Assembly (NCBI GenBank): GCA_017501545.1
Contig: JAFVWS010000035.1
Span: 11,408-75,407, forward strand
DNA length: 64,000 bases
Direction of reading: 5' to 3'
Source: Clostridia bacterium
GTDB taxonomy: Bacteria > Bacillota > Clostridia > Oscillospirales > CAG-272
In this document: piece by piece, positions 17,953-27,166 of the stretch
Layout: each line of letters opens with the position of its first letter
How positions within the stretch are numbered: the stretch's first letter is position 1
Made by a program: the position numbers and the translations under genes
Notes under the pieces: generated by a model
Database searches by the model: none
What the model saw: the letters and a program-made list of their open reading frames with translations, nothing else
Told to the model about the DNA's origin: nothing

Positions 17953-19455
17953 TTATCTGTTCTCTTCTTTTAGGATTTTATTTATTGCTTTTGCAACGTT
18001 TCTTGCAGTGTCACCTGCCACCATTGAAATTTCGCCTAATTCTTGCGCACTAAGCTCCCCTGCCACGCCGTTTATATATGCGCCAAGGCATGCCATTTCG
18101 TATGGCTTGTCTGGAGTTTGGCCAAGAAGTGAGGTGATAATGCCAGAAAGCACGTCGCCTGAGCCTGCAGTTGCCATTCCCTGCGACCCTGTGGTTGAAA
18201 TTGTCACATTTTCTCCGTCGGTTATTATTGTGCCAGTACCCTTTAGAAGCACCACCACGCCATTATCCTTAGCGTATTTTTTTGCATAGAATACGGGGTT
18301 ACTTTCAATTTCTGCAAGTGGTACGCCACTGAGCCTTTCAAGCTCCTTTAGATGTGGGGTAATAACCACCTTACATTTTGTGTTTTTAAGAATTGATGAG
18401 TCCATTTTGGAAAGGGTATTTAGCGCGTCGGCATCAAGTAAAAGTGGCAAGGAATAATTATTTAAAATATAGCTAATTACCTTTTCGTTTTCGCCACGCT
18501 GACTAAGCCCCATACCGATGCCTAAGGCACGCACGCCGTTTAATGCGCCATCTATTTCGTCCTTATCAAATTTTATCGCTTCGTTTTCCTCGCTAAGCTT
18601 ATAAAGCGTGCTTTCAAGTAAATACGGCATTACTGAAAAGCCTATGCTTTTAGGGGTTGCAATTCTAACCACGCCTGCTCCCGCCCTCATAGCTGAGGCT
18701 GCAATGTTTGCAAGCTTTATAGCACCAGAATACTCGTAGCTACCACCAATTAGGGTTATATAACCATACGTGCCCTTGTGGGAATAGCTATCCCTCTTTT
18801 TTAGAAGCGCCACCGCGTCCTCGTTTTCAAAAAGGAGATATTTTTCACCGATATTAATAATTCCGATGTCCTCGTTTACAAGTCTGCCTATTTTGTCCTT
18901 TGCCATGCCAAGAAAATGACCGCTTTTATATGAGCCTATTGATACGGTTAGGTCGCTTTTAACAGAATGAGCACCAAGACCCGAGTCACCATTTAAGCCA
19001 CTGTTTATATCAGCGCTGACTATATAAGCGCCAGAATCATTAATTTTATCTATTACGTCCCTATATTGCCCCCTTGGCTCACCATGGAAGCCAGTACCAA
19101 AAATGCAGTCTACTATTATGCCCGCATTTGGTAGCTCGCCATTATAAAGGGTGTACTCTATGCATTGTTCCTTGCACCTATTAAAATAGTATTCACCATC
19201 AGGCGAAAAGCGATTTTCAAGTAGCAAAAGGCGTACCCTGTGTGCGTTTTTCTTTAAAATCAGTGCAAGAGCGTAGCCGTCACCTGCGTTGTTTCCAGTG
19301 CCACATACAATTAAAATCTCAGGGCTGTTTTCAAGTGGTAGATTTTTGTAAATTCCCATAGCGGCATTATACATAAGCTCAAGCGATGGGGTAAAATTAG
19401 CTATGGTATAGCTATCATTTTTTCTCATTGCGTGTGTGCTTAATACCTCTTTCAT
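17953..19455 (-). CDS. nnr: bifunctional NAD(P)H-hydrate repair enzyme (epimerase plus ADP-dependent dehydratase)
   Basis: YjeF_N part: CGTGNNAGDGYALA. C-terminal carbohydrate-kinase part: GGSYEYSGA, LDADALN, ITPHLKE, TGSQGMATAGSGDVLSG. Confidence 0.9.
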   Translation of the reverse strand: MKEVLSTHAMRKNDSYTIANFTPSLELMYNAAMGIYKNLPLENSPEILIVCGTGNNAGDGYALALILKKNAHRVRLLLLENRFSPDGEYYFNRCKEQCIEYTLYNGELPNAGIIVDCIFGTGFHGEPRGQYRDVIDKINDSGAYIVSADINSGLNGDSGLGAHSVKSDLTVSIGSYKSGHFLGMAKDKIGRLVNEDIGIINIGEKYLLFENEDAVALLKKRDSYSHKGTYGYITLIGGSYEYSGAIKLANIAASAMRAGAGVVRIATPKSIGFSVMPYLLESTLYKLSEENEAIKFDKDEIDGALNGVRALGIGMGLSQRGENEKVISYILNNYSLPLLLDADALNTLSKMDSSILKNTKCKVVITPHLKELERLSGVPLAEIESNPVFYAKKYAKDNGVVVLLKGTGTIITDGENVTISTTGSQGMATAGSGDVLSGIITSLLGQTPDKPYEMACLGAYINGVAGELSAQELGEISMVAGDTARNVAKAINKILKEENR

Positions 19456-19470
19456 AATGCCCTCCTAAAT

Positions 19471-20424
19471 TTATTTTTTGTAGCAAAGACAGCCACCGAA
19501 GCAACCAAAGACCTTTTGCTTATAGCACGCCTGACATTCCTTTTTTGAGTGCTTATGCACAAGGCGTGAATCTATTTCCATAAAGAAATGATTTTTGAGG
19601 TCGTCAACCGACTTAAATTCGTCTATATTCACCTTATAATCTGACATTCCAAAGCAACGCGATGCTGTTTTGTCGGGATAAATATCAACTATTGGCGCAC
19701 AAACCGATGCCTCACCCATAAAAATGCGTTTTTCGTACTCGTTTACGTAGGTTAGCGAGCCTAAAAGCTCAAGCTCACTATCCTTATAGTAGCAGGCAGG
19801 AATTGCGTTGCAGTCATAGCACGGAGAAACGCCAAGCGCCTTTAGCTCTTTGCAAAAATCAAGAAGCGTGCCCTTCATCCTTAGAAAATACTCGCTACTC
19901 TTTTCACTTTTGTCCTTAGGAATTACAACGCTTATTCTTACCCTTTTAAAGCCAAAGGCTTTAATAATATCAAGCTGATCCGAAAAATCCTGATTTTCCT
20001 TATAGATATTTACGCCTATTGTCACGTGGTCCCTTGGCACGTAATAAAGAATATCCTTTATATTTGCTTTGATTTTTTCAAATGCTACCTTACCCACTTG
20101 CGTGCTTGAATTTACGTTAACCAAAAAGTGAATTTTGTGGCTAAGTTTGTCCTTTTTTACCTTGTCAAGGTAAATTCCGTTTGTGAAAACCATTACATTG
20201 TTTACGTAATAGGAATTATTAAGTATTTCCAAAAATTCGTTGATGTTCTTATGTAAAAGTGGCTCTCCACCGATTAATCCAATTTGCGCCTCACCCTTTA
20301 AAAAGTCGAGAATTTCAAGAAACGTATCAACCGTTATATCATCGGCTTTATTATCAGTTAAGTCGTGTGCAAAGCAATATTCACACCTTAAATTACACCT
20401 TGATGTAAGTATTATATTCGCCAT
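19471..20424 (-). CDS. radical SAM enzyme with a Cys-rich SPASM/twitch-like C-terminal region
   Basis: CNLRCEYC (the CxxxCxxC motif) at residues ~10-17, and GGEPLL. C-terminal cysteines: CYDCNAIPAC, VCAP..RCFG, CQACY..GCFGGCLCY. Confidence 0.8.
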   Translation of the reverse strand: MANIILTSRCNLRCEYCFAHDLTDNKADDITVDTFLEILDFLKGEAQIGLIGGEPLLHKNINEFLEILNNSYYVNNVMVFTNGIYLDKVKKDKLSHKIHFLVNVNSSTQVGKVAFEKIKANIKDILYYVPRDHVTIGVNIYKENQDFSDQLDIIKAFGFKRVRISVVIPKDKSEKSSEYFLRMKGTLLDFCKELKALGVSPCYDCNAIPACYYKDSELELLGSLTYVNEYEKRIFMGEASVCAPIVDIYPDKTASRCFGMSDYKVNIDEFKSVDDLKNHFFMEIDSRLVHKHSKKECQACYKQKVFGCFGGCLCYKK

Positions 20425-20552
20425 TTTTATCTCCCTTTTTCTCGCTTATAAATCAATTGTACCACATAGGGGTTAGTTTTTCAAGGCACAGCGGTTGAAA
20501 TTTACCATAATATATGGTAAAATATACCTAACAACCTTAAAAGGAGCATTTT

Positions 20553-21428
20553 ATGATTTACACTATTAAAAATGAATATTTAACTGTCGAGATTAATTCC
20601 TTAGGCGCTGAGCTTTGGAGTGTAAAGGACGCTGACGGATGCGAGTATATTTGGCAGGGGGATTCTGAATTTTGGTCGGGACGTGCGCCTATAATGTTTC
20701 CTATTTGTGGCAGACTTTATACGGGAAAATATACCTACCTTGGCAAGGAATATGAGCTTGGGTCACACGGCTTTGCAAGACATAGCGAGTTTGCCTTGAA
20801 AACCCAAGGCGAGTCACATATTACCCTTAGCCTTAGTGCAAGCGAGGAAACAAAAAAGGTATATCCCTTTGATTTTGAATTTGACGTTTCATTTGTTTTA
20901 AGTGGCAAGGAATTAAAGGTGGAATACAAGGTTAAAAATACGGATAATACGGATATTATTTTCGCCCTTGGTGGTCACCCAGCATTTAACGTGCCACTTG
21001 ATAAGGACCTATGCTTTGAGGACTACTTAGTTGAATTTGAAAAGAGCTGTGATGCCGTACGCGTTGATTTCTCGCCTACCTGCTTTTGCACCTACGAGGA
21101 CAAAATTTATACACAGGGTGGCACAAAATCAATAAATCTACGTCATGATTTGTTTGATGACGATGCGATTTTTCTTTATAACACACCAAAGAAAATCAAG
21201 CTTTACTCCCCAAAGGGCAAGCGCAGTGTAACAATGAAATTTGACACCATGAAATACGTTGGACTTTGGCACGCAACTAAAAAGCCTGCACCTTATCTTT
21301 GCATTGAGCCTTGGGCATCTGTGCCATCAAAGGACGGCGTAGTTGATGATTTTTCTTGGAAGAAGGAAATGATACACCTTGCCCCAGCGTATACGCACAA
21401 AAGACATTTTGAAATCATATTTGAATAA
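20553..21428 (+). CDS. aldose 1-epimerase (galactose mutarotase-like) family protein
   Basis: Reads GAELWSV..G.EYIWQGD..FW..RAPIMFPICGR, then GSHGFAR, GGHPAFN and EPW. This is typical of the LacX/YihR-type mutarotase-like family. Confidence 0.8.
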   Translation: MIYTIKNEYLTVEINSLGAELWSVKDADGCEYIWQGDSEFWSGRAPIMFPICGRLYTGKYTYLGKEYELGSHGFARHSEFALKTQGESHITLSLSASEETKKVYPFDFEFDVSFVLSGKELKVEYKVKNTDNTDIIFALGGHPAFNVPLDKDLCFEDYLVEFEKSCDAVRVDFSPTCFCTYEDKIYTQGGTKSINLRHDLFDDDAIFLYNTPKKIKLYSPKGKRSVTMKFDTMKYVGLWHATKKPAPYLCIEPWASVPSKDGVVDDFSWKKEMIHLAPAYTHKRHFEIIFE

Positions 21429-21457
21429 AAAAAGCCACCCGCGGGGTGGCTTTTTTA
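21427..21457. terminator. bidirectional intrinsic terminator
   Basis: GCCACCC-GCG-GGGTGGC (21434-21450) flanked by an A-run and a T-run. Confidence 0.85.
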
Positions 21458-21899
21458 TTTAGCTTTCCTTTTTACCTGTGTAGTTATTATAGGAGACCTC
21501 AAGCGCAGTTTTTGATACCTCGCTTGCGTTTACGTAGCTAACCTCCTCGTCGATTATGAGATAGCCACAGCAGTGGAAGTATTCGTCCTTCTCATCAATA
21601 CCAGTAATCTTTAGCTGGAATATTGAATAATCCTTGCCTGTAAAGTCTGCCTTTACAGAATTTTCCTTAGCCTCACCATTTGGCATAAGTGGGCAAAGGT
21701 CGCATTGTGTCTTTGATGCAACAAGGCCATAGTAAATGTCCCTGCCAAGATAATTTCCGTATGCTTCGATTGCGTCCTTATTAAAGGTCAATCCAAGCAC
21801 TACTGCCACAGAGGTTGAATCCTGTGAGTAGCCCTTTGAGGTAACAAGTGCTGGAATTTCAGTTGTTTCACCGTGTGTACAGCCCTCGTTTGTACAGCC
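21427..21899. repeat. copy 1 of a ~470-bp near-identical module (3' coding end of the LRR gene plus its terminator)
   Basis: Aligned by eye to 23634-24105. Long identical runs are interrupted by scattered substitutions. Identity stops at the codons for GCTHGETTEI. Confidence 0.85.
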
Positions 21900-23522
21900 G
21901 TTTGTGTAAATGCCAGTAGCTGTAAATCCTTTTTCGTATGTGTAGCTTTCACCAAGAACGTGAGAAAGTGCCTCAATTACTACATTTTGACATACCGAGC
22001 AAAGTGCCTCGGTTGTGCAGTCGCCATCATCCTCTACTGTATGGTTGCCTGTTGCAGGAATTGTTTTTCCAGCATTTGTGTCGCAGGCAATACATTTTAC
22101 ACCATCAAAGCCTTCATCTCCACAAGTTGGTGTGGTGTATAGTTGTGCGCCATAATGTGTATGGTTTTCCATTACGAAGGTGCCTCTGTCCTCGGTAATA
22201 TCGTTGCCCTCATTTGTAAGAATGTGTGAGGTTTCAACAACGCCATTACCCGAGCAGAAATAAAGTCTTATAAAATTATCGCCAACCTGTGTTAAGCTTT
22301 GTGGTGATGCCGATGCAATATCAAGGTCAAGTGTACCTGTTGAAGAGTTATCAACAATTACAGCGCCAAGCGCACCTGTTTGCTTATCTGTATATGCATA
22401 AACCTTAGCTTGAACCTCGCTTAGACTGTTTTGTGCAAAATAGATATTTGTTTGCGCACCCCAGTTAACGTAAGTATGTCCGTCAATATATAGCTTTGTC
22501 ATTTTTCCAAGGAATACCAAGGTAAATGTCTGACTTGAATCAGCAGGATAGCAGCCAGAAAAGCCCTCATCGTCGATGCTTGTTATTCCCTCTGGGAATA
22601 TAAGAAGTGAGTTAAGATTTCTAGTTCCAGATAAAAACTCGTTTCCTAAGGTTTTAAGGTTTCTTGGCAAATATGGGCTTGCGAAGTAAAAATTTGCTCC
22701 ACAAAATGCCTTTGCGCCAATTGATTCAACAGAATCAGGAAGTGTAACCTTGCCAATGAGTGTGTTTAAAAAAGCATTATTTCCAATGGTTTTGAGCCCC
22801 GTGTTTTTAGAAAGGTCAAGCTCTCCTCCTAACTTTGTGTCGCCTGCAAAGCCGTCTATTGAGGTTAACTTGGTAAGGCTTTCAAATTGGAAATATTCAA
22901 GCGCTGAGCATCCCTCAAATGAGTAGTCCTCAATTGCTGTCATTAAGCTACCTTCTCTTATATAAACCTTTTTTAGAGTTGTGTTATTTTGGAAAGCAGA
23001 TGCGGCTGCAACAGTGATAGACTTCGGGATTACAATCTCTGTAACGTTTTTCTCGTAGTGCGTTCCTCTACCCCATACTCCATTGTTACGAAGATGAGTC
23101 ATACCCTCTGGAAATTCAACGTAAAGAGTTGCACCTCTTTCGTACGTTTTGTCAGATTTTGAATTTATATATGTATATTCAACCTCACTAACAGCTACGT
23201 AGCTTGAGGAGTTTCCAGATGGCTCAATAATATACCAAGTAGGATAAGCAGTAAGGGTACCGTCAGTTGCCTTTAGAACTACCAAGGCTGAATCATCCAC
23301 AAAAAGCCCTTGCATTGAAGCGTTGTTACTAAGCGAGCTTGCAACCGACTCAGGCGTTGCGTCATCATATTTCACAACAGGCACCTCGTGGGTAACGCCA
23401 CTTGCATCAGTATATTCAATAGTTGTTCTTGTTTCGTCATACGGGCTTGCTGAAACACCTATGATAAAAAGACAAGCAAGTGCCATAGTTAAAATAAAAG
23501 TTAAAAGAAGCCTTTTTTTCAT
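21459..23522 (-). CDS. secreted BspA-type leucine-rich-repeat protein with Cys-rich modules and a conserved C-terminal domain
   Basis: Signal peptide MKKRLLLTFILTMALACLFIIGVSA. LRR_5-like repeats (IPKSITVAAASAFQNNTTLKKVYI.., SFEGCSALEYF, IGNNAFLNT, VESIGAKAFCG). Cys modules (TPTCGDEGFDGVKCIACD, GDCTTEALCSVC, GCTNEGCTH). No LPXTG motif or C-terminal TM segment seen. Confidence 0.8.
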   Translation of the reverse strand: MKKRLLLTFILTMALACLFIIGVSASPYDETRTTIEYTDASGVTHEVPVVKYDDATPESVASSLSNNASMQGLFVDDSALVVLKATDGTLTAYPTWYIIEPSGNSSSYVAVSEVEYTYINSKSDKTYERGATLYVEFPEGMTHLRNNGVWGRGTHYEKNVTEIVIPKSITVAAASAFQNNTTLKKVYIREGSLMTAIEDYSFEGCSALEYFQFESLTKLTSIDGFAGDTKLGGELDLSKNTGLKTIGNNAFLNTLIGKVTLPDSVESIGAKAFCGANFYFASPYLPRNLKTLGNEFLSGTRNLNSLLIFPEGITSIDDEGFSGCYPADSSQTFTLVFLGKMTKLYIDGHTYVNWGAQTNIYFAQNSLSEVQAKVYAYTDKQTGALGAVIVDNSSTGTLDLDIASASPQSLTQVGDNFIRLYFCSGNGVVETSHILTNEGNDITEDRGTFVMENHTHYGAQLYTTPTCGDEGFDGVKCIACDTNAGKTIPATGNHTVEDDGDCTTEALCSVCQNVVIEALSHVLGESYTYEKGFTATGIYTNGCTNEGCTHGETTEIPALVTSKGYSQDSTSVAVVLGLTFNKDAIEAYGNYLGRDIYYGLVASKTQCDLCPLMPNGEAKENSVKADFTGKDYSIFQLKITGIDEKDEYFHCCGYLIIDEEVSYVNASEVSKTALEVSYNNYTGKKES

Positions 23523-23551
23523 TTCATCTCTCCTAAATATTAGTTAATATT

Positions 23552-23580
23552 ATAATATCATATTATTATTTTCTTGTCAA
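23552..23580 (-). promoter_or_regulatory. sigma-A-type promoter of LRR gene 1
   Basis: Minus strand reads TTGACA (23580-23575), a 17-nt spacer, then TATTAT (23557-23552). An AGGAGAG RBS lies downstream. Confidence 0.55.
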
Positions 23581-23633
23581 CTTTTATATTCAAAAAAGCT
23601 ATGGTGTTGTTTTAAATGGCTTGATATAAAAGT

Positions 23634-23662
23634 AAAAAAAGCCACCCGTGGGGTGGCTTTTT
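23634..23662 (-). terminator. intrinsic terminator of LRR gene 2
   Basis: GCCACCC-GTG-GGGTGGC (23641-23657) with flanking A- and T-runs. It is a paralogous copy of the terminator at 21434-21450. Confidence 0.85.
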
Positions 23663-24105
23663 ATTTAGCTTTCCTTTTTACCTGTGTAGTTATTGTAGGA
23701 GACCTCAAGTGCAGTTGATGAAATTTCGCCTGCGTTTACGTAGCTAACCTCCTCGTCGATTATGAGATAGCCACAGCAGTGGAAGTATTCGTCTATTTGA
23801 TCAATACCAGTAATCTTTAGCTGGAATATTGAATAATCCTTACCTGTAAAGTCTGCCTTTACAGAATTTTCCTTAGCCTCACCATTTGGCATAAGTGGGC
23901 AAAGGTCACTTTGTATCTTTGATGCAACAAGACCATAGTAAATGTCCTTGCCAAGATAATTTCCGTATGCTTCAATTGCGTCCTTATCAAAGAAGAGATC
24001 AAGCACTACTGCCACGGAGGTTGTATCCTGTGAGTAGCCCTTTGAGGTAACAAGTGCTGGAATTTCAGTTGTTTCACCGTGTGTACAGCCCTCGTTTATA
24101 CAGCC
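23634..24105. repeat. copy 2 of the ~470-bp module
   Basis: See copy 1 (21427-21899). Confidence 0.85.
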
Positions 24106-25158
24106 TACAAGCTTTTTACCTACGTTTATAAATCCGTTATCGTATGATAATTTTTCGGAAATATTGTGGCTTGGGTTTGGAAGTGCATTGTAAATTTCGC
24201 AAACCTCACAATGTCCAACGCAAAGATTTATTTCGCTGTATGAAATATGCTCACCATAAAAATCACAGTAGGTTTTAACTGATGCATAGTATTTATAGTT
24301 GTTGTCGCTCTTATTGTTACCAGCCATATATCTTGTTTCATGGGAAATAATTTCCTCTTCTGTATAGCCAGAGAGGTCATCAACCAAAATAACAAGCTTT
24401 AATTTATCGCCACTTCTATTCCAAGTAAGACGTGGGTCGGTCTCATCTGAAAAGGTTATTTCGTTATTTAAATAAATTGTGCAGTCCTTACCATTCACCG
24501 CGTTCATTGCACAGCTTCTCACAACAGATGTTGAGCCTCTATGGAAAACAATAGTTGTTAAAGAATTACAGAAGAAGTTTCCTGACAACTCATTGTTCTC
24601 ACCATAGAAGTGAATCTCTGTAAGGCTGGTACAGCCACTTAGGAAGCCACCCTTGTTTTGTGGCTCATACGCTTTTGCAAAGAAGCTGAGCTTTTGTAGT
24701 GCACTATAGCCAGCTAAGTTTCCGTTTGTACCAGCTCCATCACCCAAAACTGGAACGTGGAATTCGATTTCTGTTATTTGTGTGTGAAGGCTTGTTTTAG
24801 TTTCAGCATCCTTTTCAGAAATTGGATATACTGGCAAGGTGTTTGCCCAGCTACCAGCCAATCTACAATAGGAATAAGTTGAAAGGTCATACTCTTTTCC
24901 ATTTGAATGGGTAAACTTTATTGCAGGAATGATGATTTTTGTAATGGAGCTATCATAAAGATAGATTTCTGTAATATTACAATTGCCTCCTGTTTCAAAT
25001 GGATTTTTGACGTAAATCTCGTATGCAATATCCGTGCTGCCAGCCTCAACCTGCTCACCCTTTGAGTTTACGTAAGCAGTTTCGGCAGATATAGCCAATG
25101 CAAAGAGGCACATTGCCATAACGACAAATAATAACGTGATTATTAGTTTCTTTTTCAT
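23665..25158 (-). CDS. secreted LRR-type surface protein paralog sharing the C-terminal domain of the preceding gene
   Basis: I place the start at ATG 25158 (MKKKLIITLLFVVMAMCLFALAISA signal peptide, AGGAGA RBS) rather than at the track's 25194. The C-terminal ~145 aa are nearly identical to the C-terminus of the 21459-23522 product (GCTHGETTEIPALVTSKGYSQD...YNNYTGKKES). Confidence 0.8.
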   Translation of the reverse strand: MKKKLIITLLFVVMAMCLFALAISAETAYVNSKGEQVEAGSTDIAYEIYVKNPFETGGNCNITEIYLYDSSITKIIIPAIKFTHSNGKEYDLSTYSYCRLAGSWANTLPVYPISEKDAETKTSLHTQITEIEFHVPVLGDGAGTNGNLAGYSALQKLSFFAKAYEPQNKGGFLSGCTSLTEIHFYGENNELSGNFFCNSLTTIVFHRGSTSVVRSCAMNAVNGKDCTIYLNNEITFSDETDPRLTWNRSGDKLKLVILVDDLSGYTEEEIISHETRYMAGNNKSDNNYKYYASVKTYCDFYGEHISYSEINLCVGHCEVCEIYNALPNPSHNISEKLSYDNGFINVGKKLVGCINEGCTHGETTEIPALVTSKGYSQDTTSVAVVLDLFFDKDAIEAYGNYLGKDIYYGLVASKIQSDLCPLMPNGEAKENSVKADFTGKDYSIFQLKITGIDQIDEYFHCCGYLIIDEEVSYVNAGEISSTALEVSYNNYTGKKES

Positions 25159-25264
25159 TATTAGTTCTCCTAAAACTATAAATAATATCTTCACCTCTAT
25201 ATTATCATATTATGATATATTTGTCAATATTTTTCTCATTTTCAAAAAAAGTGGCACCCGCTCT

Positions 25265-25291
25265 CTAAAAAAGAGCCCCAAACGGGGCTAT
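25265..25291. terminator. intrinsic terminator downstream of the P-type ATPase gene
   Basis: AGCCCC-AAAC-GGGGCT (25274-25289) flanked by an A-run and a T-run. Confidence 0.75.
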
Positions 25292-25325
25292 TTTTATATT
25301 AAATTTAGACACAGGGTCGCGTTTT

Positions 25326-27164
25326 TTACTTTCTTCCTCTGCCTGCAAAGAGTGAATTTATAATCGTTATTAGCATAACTCCAACGTCTGCAAAAACTGC
25401 AAGCGTCATAGGGAAAAATGGTAGCGCTATGCTTAAAGCTCCAATTATAACCTTGGTTGAAATAGCGAAAATTATATTTCCTATTGCTCTTTTCTTTGCA
25501 TTTTTAGAAATTTCAATTGCGCGCGGGATTTTTTCAAGGTCGTCGTCTATTATAACGAGGTCGCTTCTTTCTACCGCTGCATCTGTGCTGACAGTTCCAA
25601 TAGCTATGCCAACATCTGCCCTTGAAATACATGGCAGGTCATTAATTCCGTCGCCACAGTAGCCGATTTTTACGTTTTGTCCGCTCTCAATTATATCCTC
25701 AAGCGCATCAAGCTTTTGCCCCGGTAGAAGCTGTGAGTATGCACCGTCAGCATAAAGCGTGCTTGCAACAGCGTCAACCTTGCTCTTTTTGTCGCCACTT
25801 AAAACGTAAAGCTTCTTAATGCCGGCTTTTCTTAGCTTGTCAAATGCCTTCTTACCATTTTCCTTTATATTGTCGCCGACGCCAATGTAGCCTATACACT
25901 CGTCATCAATGGAGACATATACAGTTGCCTGCGAGTTTGGTGTCGCTGGATTTATAAATTTGTAGTTACCAGCCTTGATTTTGCCAAATTTTGAATCACA
26001 CTCGACGCCAAGACCGATTTCCTCTTTGTAATTTTTGCCAGGGGTTATTGCAATTTTAAAGCGCTCTGCCTCGCGCAAAATAGCTTGCGCCATTGGGTGA
26101 GTTGACTTATATTCTGCTATGCTGACAATTTCAAGAAGCTCCATTTTTGTAAGTGAGCCAAAGGTTTCAACCTTTGTTACACGAGGCTCTCTTTTTGTAA
26201 GCGTGCCTGTTTTGTCAAATGCCATTGTGTCAAGCCCAGCCAGCGCCTCAACAGTTTTAGAGCCCTTAATTAATGCGCCCTTTCTTGATGCATATCCGAT
26301 GGCGCAGAAATACGCAAGTGGCACTGAAATTACGATTGCGCATGGGCAAGAAATTGCGAGAAGTGAAAATGCCCTATATGCCCAGTCAATCATATTTAAG
26401 CCAAATAATGATGGAATTAATGATACAAGAATAGCAATTCCAATTACACATGGGGTGTAAATCTTAGCAAATTTTTTAATAAAGACCTCTGTCTTGGTCT
26501 TCTTTGCGCCTGCCTCAAGGGAAACGTTAATGATTCTTTGAACCATGCTCTGTTCGCTTGGCTTAGTTACCTCAATTAACAGTGCGCCGTTCAAATCAAG
26601 GTGTCCTGCGTAAACCTCAGAGCCGGACCTAACATTTACAGGCTCGCTTTCTCCTGAAACCACGGAGGTGTCAAGGTCTGCAATGCCATCGATTACTTTT
26701 CCGTCAAGTGGTATTCTCTCACCTGCCCAAACCTCAATTATGTCGCCAACCTTAACGTCCTCGACTAAAACTTCGCCATCTCCACCCTTAAGCCTTGCAC
26801 GGCTTGGCTTTATGTCGCAAAGCATCTTTATAGATTTTTTTGCGTGGGCGCTTGCAAAGTCCTCAATCAGCTCACCAAGAAGATAGAGGGCAACGACAAA
26901 GGCAGCCTCAAAGTATGCATCTGTCACAATTGCGCCAAGTGATGCAATTGTCATAAGCATTTTTTCTCCAACCTCGCCCTTGGTAAAAAGTTTTTTTAAT
27001 GCCTTATAAATAATCTCATAGGCAATTACGCCATAGGCTATAAGGTAGAGTATCATCGATACCTGCTCATTAAATCCGTTTGTGATAATTCCTGCTGTAA
27101 TCAGACAAGCGGAAATGATAATTCTGATTACTACAAATAATTTTTCACGAAAAAGTTCTTTCAT
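25326..27164 (-). CDS. heavy-metal-translocating P1B-type ATPase (Cd/Zn/Co-type CPC motif), without an N-terminal HMA domain
   Basis: Motifs SGESEP (TGES-like), the SCPCAIV transmembrane CPC motif, the DKTGTLT phosphorylation site, and GDGINDLP. The protein opens directly with TM helices. Confidence 0.9.
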   Translation of the reverse strand: MKELFREKLFVVIRIIISACLITAGIITNGFNEQVSMILYLIAYGVIAYEIIYKALKKLFTKGEVGEKMLMTIASLGAIVTDAYFEAAFVVALYLLGELIEDFASAHAKKSIKMLCDIKPSRARLKGGDGEVLVEDVKVGDIIEVWAGERIPLDGKVIDGIADLDTSVVSGESEPVNVRSGSEVYAGHLDLNGALLIEVTKPSEQSMVQRIINVSLEAGAKKTKTEVFIKKFAKIYTPCVIGIAILVSLIPSLFGLNMIDWAYRAFSLLAISCPCAIVISVPLAYFCAIGYASRKGALIKGSKTVEALAGLDTMAFDKTGTLTKREPRVTKVETFGSLTKMELLEIVSIAEYKSTHPMAQAILREAERFKIAITPGKNYKEEIGLGVECDSKFGKIKAGNYKFINPATPNSQATVYVSIDDECIGYIGVGDNIKENGKKAFDKLRKAGIKKLYVLSGDKKSKVDAVASTLYADGAYSQLLPGQKLDALEDIIESGQNVKIGYCGDGINDLPCISRADVGIAIGTVSTDAAVERSDLVIIDDDLEKIPRAIEISKNAKKRAIGNIIFAISTKVIIGALSIALPFFPMTLAVFADVGVMLITIINSLFAGRGRK

Positions 27165-27166
27165 TT

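Noticed and set aside
23541-23562. 12-nt perfect palindrome ATATTATAATAT at the LRR gene 1 promoter as a regulatory site
   Set aside because: It coincides with the AT-rich -10 region. Palindromes this short, made only of A and T, are expected by chance in spacers of this composition.
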